64,000 nucleotides of DNA, from NCBI GenBank assembly GCA_038212015.1, contig JBBQUY010000003.1:4237-68236 (forward strand), in the 5' to 3' direction. The translations under genes and the position numbers were made by a program. The notes beneath the pieces are model-generated. The model did no database searches, was not told the DNA's origin, and worked only from the letters and a program-made list of their open reading frames with translations. The first letter of the stretch is position 1; every line of letters starts with the position of its first letter. Origin of the DNA: Gaiellales bacterium. GTDB lineage: Bacteria; Actinomycetota; Thermoleophilia; Gaiellales; SKUG01. Below are positions 30,469-42,464 of the stretch, piece after piece.

Positions 30469-31359
30469 CTACGGACGGCGCACGAACGTCATCGCCGCCG
30501 TGAACGCCTCGCCGCTCGTCGACGCGATCGCCGCGTGGTTGCTCAGCCGCGGGCCGGCGCGCAGCGCCACGTTCGCTACGTTCGCGGCCGCGGGCAGGTC
30601 GGCTGATCCGAACGGAACGACGCCATCCCACTTCGAGCGGACCGCCAGGTACTCCGTTGGCCCGTCGGGTACCTCGGTGCCGAGCGTCTCCATGAACTCG
30701 CTGCCGCGCAGCATCTGGCGCAGCGCGACGCTCGCCATCGGCATCACCGTCCGATTCGCGACCGTGTCGACGAGCTTGTGCACGCGACGTGCGGTGGAGT
30801 AGCGCTCCAGCCACGGGTAATCCTCGATGCGCACCGGCAGCCCACGATTCGGCGTGGCGAGCGTCACGACGTGACGCACGACCGCGTCGCCGCCGAGCTC
30901 CTTCACGAACCACCGCGCCATGAGCCCGCCCTCGCTGTGGCCGACGATGTCGACTTCCCCGCCAAGCAGGTCGACCATCGTCGCCAGACGCTCTGCGCTC
31001 TCGCGAATGTCGGCGAACGCGTTGTCGACGGGCGGCATCACCGCGACGCGGCGAATGCCGGCGCCTTCGTAGGAGCGACGCAGCAGGCTGTAGAAGTCGA
31101 TGCTGCCGGCGAACCCACCCACGATCACGAGCGCGCGATCGTGGGTCACGCGTGCACCGTCCCATGGATGGATGGGATGCCTGGCCCACGCGCGAGCGCT
31201 CAGCCGCACGCCATGGACGGTCGCGCCACGCAGCATGCGCATCGCACGCTCGAGACGAACGTCGACCGGTGCCTGACCGTCGACGCTCTGGTCCGGTCGC
31301 CGCGGCGCGGAACGGTCGCTGTCGGGGGAGCGCGTCACCGCGGCCGCACCTCGATCCAT
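30469..31359 (-). CDS. alpha/beta hydrolase, lipase/esterase family
   Basis: VDIVGHSEGGL nucleophile elbow, VTLATPNRG, DGVV, NH. Confidence 0.85.
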   Translation of the reverse strand: MDRGAAAVTRSPDSDRSAPRRPDQSVDGQAPVDVRLERAMRMLRGATVHGVRLSARAWARHPIHPWDGARVTHDRALVIVGGFAGSIDFYSLLRRSYEGAGIRRVAVMPPVDNAFADIRESAERLATMVDLLGGEVDIVGHSEGGLMARWFVKELGGDAVVRHVVTLATPNRGLPVRIEDYPWLERYSTARRVHKLVDTVANRTVMPMASVALRQMLRGSEFMETLGTEVPDGPTEYLAVRSKWDGVVPFGSADLPAAANVANVALRAGPRLSNHAAIASTSGEAFTAAMTFVRRP

Positions 31360-32102
31360 AGCGCGTCGGCAATGCCGAGCACCTCGCCGCCCTCACGCAG
31401 CAGGACGCTGCGTGTGAAGTGCTTGCGGCCGTCCTCCCGCACCTGCCACGCCGCGGTGAGGAGTGGCTCGCCGACGAACGCTTCGCGTTGGATCCATGCC
31501 GCAATCCGCGCAAGCACGATCGGGTACTCGGCGTCCGGATCGGCGACAGGCGCCGCGCTGGGGCAGTCGAGCGCTGCCCAGCAGGCAACGGCGGAGATCG
31601 CCTCGGGATCGTCCGGGCGGGTCGGATCGTGGAGCGACGGGTCGGGCGTCCATGCGTCGGCGAACACTGGTGCTCCGTCGACATCGAGGCCATCGACTGG
31701 TCCGCAGTGCAGGTGGAAAGCGGGCTGGCCGTCGGTGCGGGCGGTCCCGCACACGAGGCAACGGGGAAACGGGTGCGAATCGCGGAACGGGAAGCCATCG
31801 CGCGCCGCATGCGCCTGCTTCCGCGTCAGTTCGCGCACCGCGCGCGGTACGTGCCGGTCTATCTCCGTGGGGGCGGCATCCGCTATGAGCAGCTCACCGT
31901 CGCGCAGCTCGAACCGGTCCTGTCCGAGAGGCACAATCTGCAGCGCGCGTCCGAGCGGCGGCGGGACCCGTAGCGAGACCGCCATCGCGGTGGCATGGTC
32001 GGCATGCTCTGCAAGCAGGCCGGCGCTCCAGCCGCCGTTGCCGGACCCGTCGGGTCCGTTCGCCCATGTCGGGATGACCAGCTGCTCGTCGCGTGCGTCC
32101 AC
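31335..32102 (-). CDS. double hotdog-fold (thioesterase-like) protein
   Basis: NGPDGSGNGGW, HPFPRCLVCG, WAALDCP, GRKHFT. Confidence 0.8.
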   Translation of the reverse strand: MDARDEQLVIPTWANGPDGSGNGGWSAGLLAEHADHATAMAVSLRVPPPLGRALQIVPLGQDRFELRDGELLIADAAPTEIDRHVPRAVRELTRKQAHAARDGFPFRDSHPFPRCLVCGTARTDGQPAFHLHCGPVDGLDVDGAPVFADAWTPDPSLHDPTRPDDPEAISAVACWAALDCPSAAPVADPDAEYPIVLARIAAWIQREAFVGEPLLTAAWQVREDGRKHFTRSVLLREGGEVLGIADALWIEVRPR

Positions 32103-32219
32103 GCCCCGAGCCTATCGCGGTGCGGCGACGTGCTCCGGCTCGGGCGTGGACTCGGCATCGGCCTTGTGTGGTTGCGCCGACTGCGATCCGGTCGCAGTGA
32201 GGACAACCACACGCACGAG

Positions 32220-32813
32220 TCAGCTCATGGACGCGCGATCGACGACCACCTCGGGCCAGGCCTCCGGGTCGAATTCGCTGGCCAGCAGTGCGAACTGCAC
32301 CGCGTCATGGCCCACGCCGTCGCGCCAGATGCGCTGTCCGAGCACGCCCTCTTCGCGGATCCCCGGGAGCTTGCGCATCGCCGCCAGCGAGCGTGGGTTG
32401 TCCGTGCGTGTCAGGAACTCGAGCCGCGCCAGCTCCAAGTGCTCGAACGCGAACGTCACGAGCGCCGCCTTGGATTCCAGGTTGTAGCCCTGCCCCTGGA
32501 ACGGCACGCCGATCCACGTGCCTGCCTCGGCCCGACGATTCGGGCGGTCGATGCCGCTGATGCCGGTGCAGCCCACGAGCTGCTCGCGCTCGTGATCGAA
32601 GATCCCGGGCAGCCACGCTCGGCCGCGCTGCCACAGCGCCCGCGAATCATGGATGTATTCGAGGGAGTCATCGACCGTCTCGTGCGCGCTCCACTGCAGC
32701 TGCTCGGACACGGCCGGATCGCGCGCCAGCGCGAACAGCTGGTGCGCCGCGCGAGGGGTCACGAGCCGCAGCTCGATCGAGCCACAGCGCACTCGGGGTG
32801 ACGGGACGGACAT
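32220..32813 (-). CDS. GNAT acetyltransferase, RimJ/RimL family
   Basis: RAEAGTWIG..FQGQGY, FAFEHLEL, DNPRS, EEGVL. Confidence 0.88.
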   Translation of the reverse strand: MSVPSPRVRCGSIELRLVTPRAAHQLFALARDPAVSEQLQWSAHETVDDSLEYIHDSRALWQRGRAWLPGIFDHEREQLVGCTGISGIDRPNRRAEAGTWIGVPFQGQGYNLESKAALVTFAFEHLELARLEFLTRTDNPRSLAAMRKLPGIREEGVLGQRIWRDGVGHDAVQFALLASEFDPEAWPEVVVDRASMS

Positions 32814-32833
32814 CGGCGGGCAGGCTACCGGAC

Positions 32834-33808
32834 GTGGCAGCGCCGCTCCTGGAATCGGTCCCCAACATCAGCGTCGGTCGCGACGTGGCGATGGTCGACG
32901 CGATCGTCACCGAGGTGCGCGCAGGCATCGAGCGCGGCGCCGCGCTGGACGACTCCGCAGCCACCATCGCCGACGTGCACCGCGACTCCGACCACGATCG
33001 CAGCGTGCTGACGATCATCGGGCGTGGCGAGGCGCTCGCCGCCGCGCTGGAGGCGCTCGCGCGCGCGTGTGTGAGGCGCATCGACCTGCATGCCGGCCAC
33101 GGCGTGCATCCACGCATCGGTGTGCTCGACGTGCTGCCGATCGTGGCGCTCGAGGAGGGCGACGGCGCACTCGGCGCAGCGCACGAGCTGGTCGTTCGAC
33201 TCGGAACGTTCATCGGCCGCGAGCTCAAGGTCCCGGTAGTGCGCTATGCGCTGGACCGATCAGGCTCGCCGTTGCCGGGCGCGGCCCACACCGGCGAAGT
33301 GCGACGCGGCGGGCCGGCGACGGTCGCAGCGCGCATCGTCAGCGGCGAACTCGAACGCATGTCGGGTCCGGTCGCCCCGCATCCGACCGCCGGCATCACG
33401 ATCTGCGGCGTGCGCGACGTGCTCGTGGCATTCAACGTCGATCTGGACGGCGACGACCTGGATGCCGCCCGCGCGATCGCCGCGCGCGTTCGAGGTACGG
33501 CTGATGGCGACGATGCCCTGCCGGGTATTCGTGCTCTCGGACTGCGGCTCGCGTCGCGCACCGTCACGCAGGTCTCCACCAACATCGACCGGCACCGCGA
33601 ATGCGGCCCCGCGCGCGTGCTGCAGACCGTCGCCCGCCTCGCCGCCGACCACGACTGCGGCATCAGCGCCGCCGAGCTCGTGGGGCTCGCACCCGACAGT
33701 GCGCTCGGCCCCCTGCGCTACGCCTGCACCGGGCTCGGGGTCCCGCTGCACGCGAGCGCGAACCCGTCGCTGGACGCGGCGATCGGTCGGCTCGCCGCGT
33801 CGGGCTGA
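32834..33808 (+). CDS. ftcd: glutamate formiminotransferase
   Basis: ESVPNISVGRD, DSDHDRSV, GVHPRIGVLDVLP, PHPTAG..G.R..LVAFNV, ELVGLAP; start uncertain. Confidence 0.85.
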   Translation: MAAPLLESVPNISVGRDVAMVDAIVTEVRAGIERGAALDDSAATIADVHRDSDHDRSVLTIIGRGEALAAALEALARACVRRIDLHAGHGVHPRIGVLDVLPIVALEEGDGALGAAHELVVRLGTFIGRELKVPVVRYALDRSGSPLPGAAHTGEVRRGGPATVAARIVSGELERMSGPVAPHPTAGITICGVRDVLVAFNVDLDGDDLDAARAIAARVRGTADGDDALPGIRALGLRLASRTVTQVSTNIDRHRECGPARVLQTVARLAADHDCGISAAELVGLAPDSALGPLRYACTGLGVPLHASANPSLDAAIGRLAASG

Positions 33809-33886
33809 GCGCTCCTGCCCGAGCTTCGTACGTTGTCGTCGGTATGCGACGACCTTGTACGAAGCGCCGCGGCGGGGCGTCGTGAG

Positions 33887-35218
33887 TCACGCCATCGACT
33901 CGAGGATGCGCCGCACCACCGGCCTGACGACGTCGGAGTTGACGAGGCGCATCTTCCAGTCGTCCATGTCGTCGGCCGTGACGCGGTGCGAGCGCGTCTC
34001 GTCGTGGCGCAGCATCGCCTCGACCTGGTCGAGCAGCTTCGGGTCGTTGCTGAGCACGTTGACCTCGTGATCCGTGTCGAGCGCGCGATAGGTGAGGTTC
34101 GTCGAACCGACGGAGGCCCAGTTCTCCGTCAGCACGATCTTCTCGTGTGACATCTGCGGCTGTTCGAGCACGCGAACCCCACGCGCGGCACCAGCACCGA
34201 GGTCGTCGTAATACGACCGCGACAGCTGCTGGAACATCGGGAACGCGGATTCGTCACCGTTCACCCACAGCCGCGTGTCGACTCCGCGTTCGATCGCCTC
34301 GCGGCTGGCCGCGGCGATGCGCGGCGACCCGAAGTACGGCGTCTGCATCCACAGCCGGCTCTCCGCGGACTCCGCGAGCGCATACGCCGCGCGGGTCGCG
34401 TCGCGCACGGGGCCGTCGTTGGCCACGATGCGGTAGCCCACGTCCACCGGCGTCTGGCCGGCGCGATCGGCGGCGTCGAGCATCTGCCGCTGGAGCGCGC
34501 TGACCTGTCCGCCGTTGTCGACCCAGCGTCCGACGAAGTCGGCGTGCGCCTGCGCGACGATCTCGCGCCCGGTGAGACGGACCATCACGTCGTGCCACGT
34601 CGTGCCGGAGCCGAAGCCCATCCCGCCCACGTATGCGACGTCGTCGTCGATGACGAACAGCTTGCGATGCTCGATCGGGGGATTGAACGGCATGAGCGGG
34701 CTCGCGTGCCGCACCACTCGGATGCCGTCGCGCTCGAGCTCGTCGTAGAAGCGCGTCTGCGGGAAATACGGCAGCAGCGACGTGCCCTGTCGGTCGACGA
34801 GCACGCTCACCTCGATCGGCGCGCGACCATCGGTCGGTTTCGCGCGTGCCCGCAGCGCCTCGAGGATCTGTCGGCCCTCGGCGGTGGGTTTGAGGATGAA
34901 TTCCGCGACCTCGATCGACTGCTTCGCGTTCGCTATGTCCTGCAGCATCCGTGGGACCGCGACGTCCTTGTCGACGAGCAGCTCGCCCGCGCCGACGACG
35001 AGCACGTTCTCGGGCAGGGCGGCATGGCCGTGTACGGCGTTGGCAAGCCTGCCTGCCTCCACCGGTCCACGAATCGCCCGAAGCGCTTCTGCGCCGCCCA
35101 TCCGCATGTCCCACATCTCCCGCGTCGCTGCAGGCTGCGCTGTCCAGGCGCGCCTGCTCCTGTACGTCGGGCGTGGTCGCGTGGCCGTTGCAACGTGATC
35201 GATCACTGGTCCGATCAT
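33887..35218 (-). CDS. phospholipase D / cardiolipin synthase-like protein lacking TM and Sec signal
   Basis: HRKLFVIDD..YVGGMG, WHDVMV, TPYF, HEKIVLTE..VGSTN. Confidence 0.85.
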   Translation of the reverse strand: MIGPVIDHVATATRPRPTYRSRRAWTAQPAATREMWDMRMGGAEALRAIRGPVEAGRLANAVHGHAALPENVLVVGAGELLVDKDVAVPRMLQDIANAKQSIEVAEFILKPTAEGRQILEALRARAKPTDGRAPIEVSVLVDRQGTSLLPYFPQTRFYDELERDGIRVVRHASPLMPFNPPIEHRKLFVIDDDVAYVGGMGFGSGTTWHDVMVRLTGREIVAQAHADFVGRWVDNGGQVSALQRQMLDAADRAGQTPVDVGYRIVANDGPVRDATRAAYALAESAESRLWMQTPYFGSPRIAAASREAIERGVDTRLWVNGDESAFPMFQQLSRSYYDDLGAGAARGVRVLEQPQMSHEKIVLTENWASVGSTNLTYRALDTDHEVNVLSNDPKLLDQVEAMLRHDETRSHRVTADDMDDWKMRLVNSDVVRPVVRRILESMA

Positions 35219-35223
35219 TTGGC

Positions 35224-36270
35224 ATGCTGCATCGCACCCGACTCGCCATCCGTCGTCATCTCAGCTACGCGAACGTCACTTCGACGATCGCCTTGGTGGT
35301 GGTCTGCGTCGGCACTGCGCACGCCGCTGGAATCGGCAGCTCCGGCATCGCCGACAACTCGGTCCTGTCGCGGGACATCCGCAACAACACAATCGCATCG
35401 GTCGACGTCGCCAATGGCGGCGTCGAGCTCGTCGATCTCTCGGTACGCGCCCGACGGGCGCTCGCCAGAGGCACGGGCGCGGCTGGAGCGGTCGGTGCAC
35501 AGGGCGACCCTGGAGCCCAGGGGCCCCAGGGTCCAGCCGGCGCACCGGGTTCGGCCGGTCAGGTGGGTCCAGCGGGACCGGCGGGTCCGGCAGGCCCGGA
35601 GGGCCCGAAGGGTGATACGGGCGCTCCCGGTGCCCCGGGTACTCCAGGTGCTCCGGGTACCGCGATCAGCAGCGTCGCGGTACTTGACGGCATCGGCTGT
35701 TCAGTGGAAGGGCGCGACGGAACGATCGACGTCGTCTACGGAACCGCGGTCGTGAGTGTCGCCACCGTCTCGATCCGCTGCGTGCTCGAACCCGCCACCT
35801 GCAACGACCCTCAACCTGCCGGGCTGCACGTGGCTGTGTGGTCATGTGATCCGCACTCTGGCTCGTGGCTGGTTGACCAATGCGACGCGGGCTGGCAGGA
35901 CTCCGACGACAGTCACGCGACCGGGTGCGAGGACACGGTGTTCTGTCCGACGGTCGACCAATCCGGGGTCCAGAACGGCAGCGTCACCTGTGACGAGTCC
36001 AACGACGCGCTGGACCTCGTCTGCGACGATGGGTACTTCAACGTGGACGACAATTGGGAGAACGGCTGCGAGGGAGTCGACGTGCTGGGCGACTGTCGAG
36101 ACGGCAACGGTGGAATCGATACGGGCGATCTCCCCGTGACCGCGTTCCCCTACGAGGAGACCGGGATGTGCTCGCCGGACGGCACGCCGGGGTACCAATG
36201 TCTGCCTCCCGGCGGGGAACTCCCCGAAAACTACGTCTTCAGCGTCTGCCCGGACTGGCGCGAATTCTGA
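35224..36270 (+). CDS. secreted collagen-like protein with Cys-rich C-terminal repeats
   Basis: Signal peptide SYANVTSTIAL..AHA; about 20 Gly-X-Y triplets; CDAGWQD..GCE and CDDGYFN..GCE repeats. Confidence 0.82.
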   Translation: MLHRTRLAIRRHLSYANVTSTIALVVVCVGTAHAAGIGSSGIADNSVLSRDIRNNTIASVDVANGGVELVDLSVRARRALARGTGAAGAVGAQGDPGAQGPQGPAGAPGSAGQVGPAGPAGPAGPEGPKGDTGAPGAPGTPGAPGTAISSVAVLDGIGCSVEGRDGTIDVVYGTAVVSVATVSIRCVLEPATCNDPQPAGLHVAVWSCDPHSGSWLVDQCDAGWQDSDDSHATGCEDTVFCPTVDQSGVQNGSVTCDESNDALDLVCDDGYFNVDDNWENGCEGVDVLGDCRDGNGGIDTGDLPVTAFPYEETGMCSPDGTPGYQCLPPGGELPENYVFSVCPDWREF

Positions 36271-36305
36271 CACTCGACAGGGGTGCCTGCACTATCATTC
36301 GTCCT

Positions 36306-36334
36306 GCAGCATGCTCCAACGATCGAACCGACAG
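36306..36334 (+). promoter_or_regulatory. possible sigma-28-like promoter, leaderless
   Basis: GCAG-N17-ACCGACAG then 7 nt to ATG 36342. Confidence 0.35.
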
Positions 36335-36341
36335 GATGATC

Positions 36342-36716
36342 ATGAGCGACGGAATCACGGTGACCCCAGTGCAGCCGAAGATGGCACACATCGAGGCGGC
36401 CCACGCCTCCGTCAACGCGGCGTTCAACGCGCTTGCCATGGACCGCACCACCGCGGCGCTGCCACGCGACGTCAAGCTCGCTCGCGGATACGTCGGCGAA
36501 GCACGCCTGGCACTCACCGAACTCGCCGGACACGACGGCCAGGACGATGCCGCCGCTGCCGCTCGCGCCGTGCTGCCGCGCCTGGACCGCGCGATGGCGA
36601 TCCTCGACGAGCTGGGACAGTCGCACGACCCGCGCCTGGTGCAGCCGCTGCTCGACGAGCTCGGAATCGCGATGGACCACGCCGAGGCGGCGCTCGGAGC
36701 AGTCGGCTGGGACTGA
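36342..36716 (+). CDS. orphan small all-helical protein
   Basis: High GC3 ORF, N-terminus MSDGITVTPVQPK. Confidence 0.75.
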   Translation: MSDGITVTPVQPKMAHIEAAHASVNAAFNALAMDRTTAALPRDVKLARGYVGEARLALTELAGHDGQDDAAAAARAVLPRLDRAMAILDELGQSHDPRLVQPLLDELGIAMDHAEAALGAVGWD

Positions 36717-36767
36717 CGATCGTCGTTTCCGGGCCGTAGCGTGCTCCGCGCGTGCGAGACTGCACGC

Positions 36768-38312
36768 ATGGCATTGAAGACCGACAGCTTCCGCATCACC
36801 GGTACCGACCTCCCGATCGAGGAGGTCGAACGCGTCGCGATGGGCGGCGTCAACATCGAGCTGACCGATTCTGCTCGCACGCGGATCGCCGCTGCGCGCG
36901 CCGTCGTCGATTGCGCCGAAAGCGACGAGCTCTCCACGTACGGACTCAACACCGGCGTCGGCCGCTTCGTCGACACGCACATCCCCGCCGGCATGACCGC
37001 CGAACTGCAGAAGCGCGTGCTGCGATCACACGCCGCCGGCGTCGGCGCCCCCTACCCGGACGAAGTCGTGCGCGCCGCGCACCTGCTGCGCATCAACACG
37101 CTCGCGCTCGGCTACTCGGGCGTGCGCGTCGAACTCGTCGAACGCATGGTCGCGATGCTCGACGCGGGCGTGCTGCCGTTCGTACCCGCGCGTGGCAGCG
37201 TCGGCGCGTCTGGTGACCTCGCACCGCTCTCGCACCTGTGCCTGCCGCTCGTGGGGGAGGGCAAGGCATACGTCGACGGCGAGCTGATGCCCGCCGCCGA
37301 CGCGCTCGCCAGGACCGGTCTCGAACCGATCGAGCTTGCGTCGAAGGAAGGGCTGTCACTCATCAACGGCACGCAGTTCATGACCGCGATGGGGATCGTC
37401 TTCGGGCTGCGCGCACGTCGGCTCATGCGCATGGCCGACCTGGTCGCCGCCCTCAGCGTCGAGGCGCTGCGCGGTTCGGACCAGCCGTTCCTGCCGCAGA
37501 TCCACGAGCTGCGCCCGCACGCCGGGCAGAAGACGTCTGCCGCGAACATGTACGCGGCGATGCAGGGGTCGACGATCTCCGATTCGCATCGCTGGTGCGA
37601 CCGCGTGCAGGACGCGTACTCGCTGCGCTGTGCACCACAGGTTCACGGCGCGTCGCGCGACGCGCTCGAGCACGCACTGCGTACCTTCCAGATCGAAGCA
37701 CAGGCCGTCACCGACAATCCGCTCGTGTTCCCGGAAGAAGACCTGCTGCGCTCCAACGGCAACTTCCATGGACAGCCGTGCGCGATCTCGCTCGACCTGA
37801 TGGCGATCGCGGTGGCGGAGATCGCCAACATCTCCGAGCGCCGCGTCGAGCGCCTCGTCAATCCCACGATGAGCGGGCTGCCCGCGTTCCTGGTGGCCGA
37901 GGGTGGACTCAACTCCGGCTACATGATCGCCCAGTACACCGCCGCTGCGCTCGTGTCGGAGAACAAGGTCTACACGCATCCTGCGAGCGTCGATTCGATC
38001 CCCACGAGCGCCGGGCAGGAAGACCACGTGAGCATGGGCAACCACGCCGGGCTCAAGCTGCTGCCGGTGCTCGAGAACGCCGAGCGCGTGCTCGCGATCG
38101 AGCTGCTGTGTGCCACGCAGGGCGTCGACTTTCTTGCGCCGCGTCGCCCGGGCGCCGGCACTCGCGCGCTCCACGCCGCCGTTCGCGAGCGCGTGCCCTA
38201 CCTCAAGGAAGACCGCATCCTCAACGACGAGATCGAGCTCATCACCTCGCTCGTCACCGATCCCGCGTTCATCGCCGAGGTCGAACAGGCAGCTGGCCTG
38301 ACGCTGGCCTGA
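36768..38312 (+). CDS. hutH: histidine ammonia-lyase
   Basis: YGLNTG, RSHAAG, GSVGASGDLAPL (MIO), KEGLSLINGT, QDAYSLRC, QEDHVSM. Confidence 0.97.
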   Translation: MALKTDSFRITGTDLPIEEVERVAMGGVNIELTDSARTRIAAARAVVDCAESDELSTYGLNTGVGRFVDTHIPAGMTAELQKRVLRSHAAGVGAPYPDEVVRAAHLLRINTLALGYSGVRVELVERMVAMLDAGVLPFVPARGSVGASGDLAPLSHLCLPLVGEGKAYVDGELMPAADALARTGLEPIELASKEGLSLINGTQFMTAMGIVFGLRARRLMRMADLVAALSVEALRGSDQPFLPQIHELRPHAGQKTSAANMYAAMQGSTISDSHRWCDRVQDAYSLRCAPQVHGASRDALEHALRTFQIEAQAVTDNPLVFPEEDLLRSNGNFHGQPCAISLDLMAIAVAEIANISERRVERLVNPTMSGLPAFLVAEGGLNSGYMIAQYTAAALVSENKVYTHPASVDSIPTSAGQEDHVSMGNHAGLKLLPVLENAERVLAIELLCATQGVDFLAPRRPGAGTRALHAAVRERVPYLKEDRILNDEIELITSLVTDPAFIAEVEQAAGLTLA

Positions 38313-38346
38313 CGCTGGCCTGACGCTGGCCTGACGCTCGTCTGAC
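38292..38346 (+). repeat. 11-bp tandem repeat GCTGGCCTGAC x4 plus one degenerate copy across the hutH stop
   Basis: Direct reading of the sequence. Confidence 0.9.
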
Positions 38347-38388
38347 GGTCGATTCGTCGTCGAACATCAGTCACCTCCGGGCGGCGAC

Positions 38389-38415
38389 TCAGGGCGTCTC
38401 GTTTGCCGCCGATAC
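38389..38415 (+). promoter_or_regulatory. sigma-28-like promoter
   Basis: TCAG-N15-GCCGATAC. Confidence 0.65.
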
Positions 38416-38469
38416 TGCGTCGGGATGGGACGAATACCCGCATCTGGACGTGGTCACTGCTTCGCACGT

Positions 38470-40593
38470 GTGAGGCGGCGTGCGCGTGCGCTCGCGCCAG
38501 TCCTGACGCTGCTGGTTCTGCTCGTGCTGCCTGCTCCCGCGATCGGGGCGAACGCTCCGTGGACCGCCGCGGCGGACGAGGGGAGCGCGAACACGGCCGT
38601 CAACCCGATCGCCGACATTGCCTGGGACGGCAGTGGGCTGTGGCTGGTCTGGGGCACCGACAACTTCAATGTGCAGGTGCGCCGCTGGAACGGCTCCGCG
38701 TGGGACACGTATCCGGTTCCTGTGAACGAGATCAATCGCAACAAGATGCCGAGCGTGACATGGGACGGCACCAAACCCTGGGTTGCCTGGAACGACGACT
38801 CCCTCAACATGCAGGTTGCCTGGTACGACGGCGCGAGCTGGAACCAGATCACGAGTCCCGGAGGTGGTGGCACGTACTTCTCCACTCCCGACATCCTGTG
38901 GGCCAACGGTGCGCTCCATGCCACGTGGCAGGACTCCACGCGGACCGTGCGGGTCGCGCAGTGGAACGGATCCAGCTGGGTCTCGCTCGGCTCGCCCGGC
39001 ACCGGCGGCGGCGGCAATGCATATCCGAACCTGGGGTGGAACGGGACCGAACTGCACGTCGCGTGGTCCACCCCGAGCCAGGCGAACGTCGCACGACGCG
39101 TCGCCGGCTCCTGGACCGCTCACTCGACGCTTCCCGGCACGGCGAGCAACTCGCTGCCGACCCTCGAGTTCATCGACGGACGCATGTACCTGATGCATGA
39201 CGTGAGTGGCGGCACGGCAATCGCCTGGTGGGACGGCGCGCAATACCGGACCACACCCAGCCCCGGCGGTGGTCCAGCGGCGTTCGGGTACGGATCGCTT
39301 GCCTGGACCGGATCCCGGCTCTGGGCGAGCTATACGATCGATCCGGACTTCGTGGAGGTTGCGTACGTCGACGCGAGCGCGCCAGCTGCACCGACGGGGC
39401 TGCAGCAGTTCCAGGCCGATGGCACCACCACCATCACGGGCGGCGCGTGGACGCCCTTCGGTGGCGCATCCAACCTGATGCTCACGGGCACCATGACCGA
39501 CGCGAACTCGAGCGAGCAGCTCACCCCGTGGATCGAGCTGCGCGCCAACGGAGCCGGGTTCGGTGCGACGTGCGGCCGGCAGACGAGTGGCGTGACCTGG
39601 GTCGGCACCACTGTGGCGGCGCCGACCGGGGGCGTCGGCGTGACGGGCTCGACGAACGTCACCGGGCTCGTGAACGGGTCGAGCTATGCCTGGCGCACGT
39701 GCGTCGTCGACAGGTTCGGGTTTCCGTCCTCGTGGACGGCGCTCGGCGGCACGCCCGACCTGCGGCTGGATACGAGCGTGCCCGCCGCCGCGCCATCGCT
39801 GCCGGCGAACGGCGCGACCGGCGTCGCGACGTCCCCGACGCTCGATGCGAGCTACACGGATCCCGCACCGGCGAACGGGGGCACCGTCGCATTCCAGCTC
39901 TGCACGACATCAGGATGCGGCACCGTGCTGCAGTCCGGCACGAGCGCATCGACGGCGAGCGGAGCGACCGCGTCCTGGAGTCCGCCGACGGCGCTCGCGA
40001 CGAGCACGACGTACTGGTGGCGCGTGCAGCCAACGGACGTGGCCGGCAACGTCGGCGTCTGGAGCGCAGCGCGAAGCTTCACGACAGGTGCGACATCGAT
40101 CACCATCTCGGTCGACCAGCCCACGATCGCGATCGGCACCATCGTCCCCGGCGACGATCGGACGGCGACGAGCGTGATCTCGGTGACGACGAATTCGCCT
40201 GGCGGCTACCAGCTGCTCGCGCGCGACGAGAACGATGCATGGGCTGCGAATTCCGCGGCCGCTCCGACGGTCGCCGACTGGACTGGAACGTCCGCGTCGC
40301 CGACGACGTGGACAGCAGGCGTACCCGGCGGCATGGGCATGACCGTGGTCGCCGTCTCCAGCACCGCTGCGAAGGACACCGCGCGCTGGGGCACCGGCTC
40401 GAGCGCCACCGACTTCGTGGGCAACCGCTACGCCGGCCTCGAAGCGACGACCGACACGCTCGTGCACGAGCGACCCTCGTTCGGTGCAGCCACCGACACG
40501 GTCACCGTCGGATGGCGAGTCAACGTGCCCGGCACGCAGGCAGCCACCAGCTACGACGCCACCATCGCCTGGACCGCGCTCGCCCTGCCCTGA
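38470..40593 (+). CDS. secreted surface protein: Trp-rich beta-propeller-like repeats, FN3/Ig-like domains, C-terminal WxL-like domain
   Basis: Signal peptide; repeated P.l.W.G..l.vaW..v..wnGssW units; YAWR and YWWRV FN3 motifs; C-terminal YDATIAWT. Confidence 0.8.
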   Translation: MRRRARALAPVLTLLVLLVLPAPAIGANAPWTAAADEGSANTAVNPIADIAWDGSGLWLVWGTDNFNVQVRRWNGSAWDTYPVPVNEINRNKMPSVTWDGTKPWVAWNDDSLNMQVAWYDGASWNQITSPGGGGTYFSTPDILWANGALHATWQDSTRTVRVAQWNGSSWVSLGSPGTGGGGNAYPNLGWNGTELHVAWSTPSQANVARRVAGSWTAHSTLPGTASNSLPTLEFIDGRMYLMHDVSGGTAIAWWDGAQYRTTPSPGGGPAAFGYGSLAWTGSRLWASYTIDPDFVEVAYVDASAPAAPTGLQQFQADGTTTITGGAWTPFGGASNLMLTGTMTDANSSEQLTPWIELRANGAGFGATCGRQTSGVTWVGTTVAAPTGGVGVTGSTNVTGLVNGSSYAWRTCVVDRFGFPSSWTALGGTPDLRLDTSVPAAAPSLPANGATGVATSPTLDASYTDPAPANGGTVAFQLCTTSGCGTVLQSGTSASTASGATASWSPPTALATSTTYWWRVQPTDVAGNVGVWSAARSFTTGATSITISVDQPTIAIGTIVPGDDRTATSVISVTTNSPGGYQLLARDENDAWAANSAAAPTVADWTGTSASPTTWTAGVPGGMGMTVVAVSSTAAKDTARWGTGSSATDFVGNRYAGLEATTDTLVHERPSFGAATDTVTVGWRVNVPGTQAATSYDATIAWTALALP

Positions 40594-40631
40594 CGGACCG
40601 TGTGCTGCGCGCAGGCATCTAGGATCGCGCC

Positions 40632-42389
<1,758 letters not shown>

Positions 42390-42464
42390 GCGCACCACGC
42401 CGTCCATTCGATTCGGTAGGGTCCTCGATCGACAGGACGTCACGCGATTTTCGAAGGACTCGAC

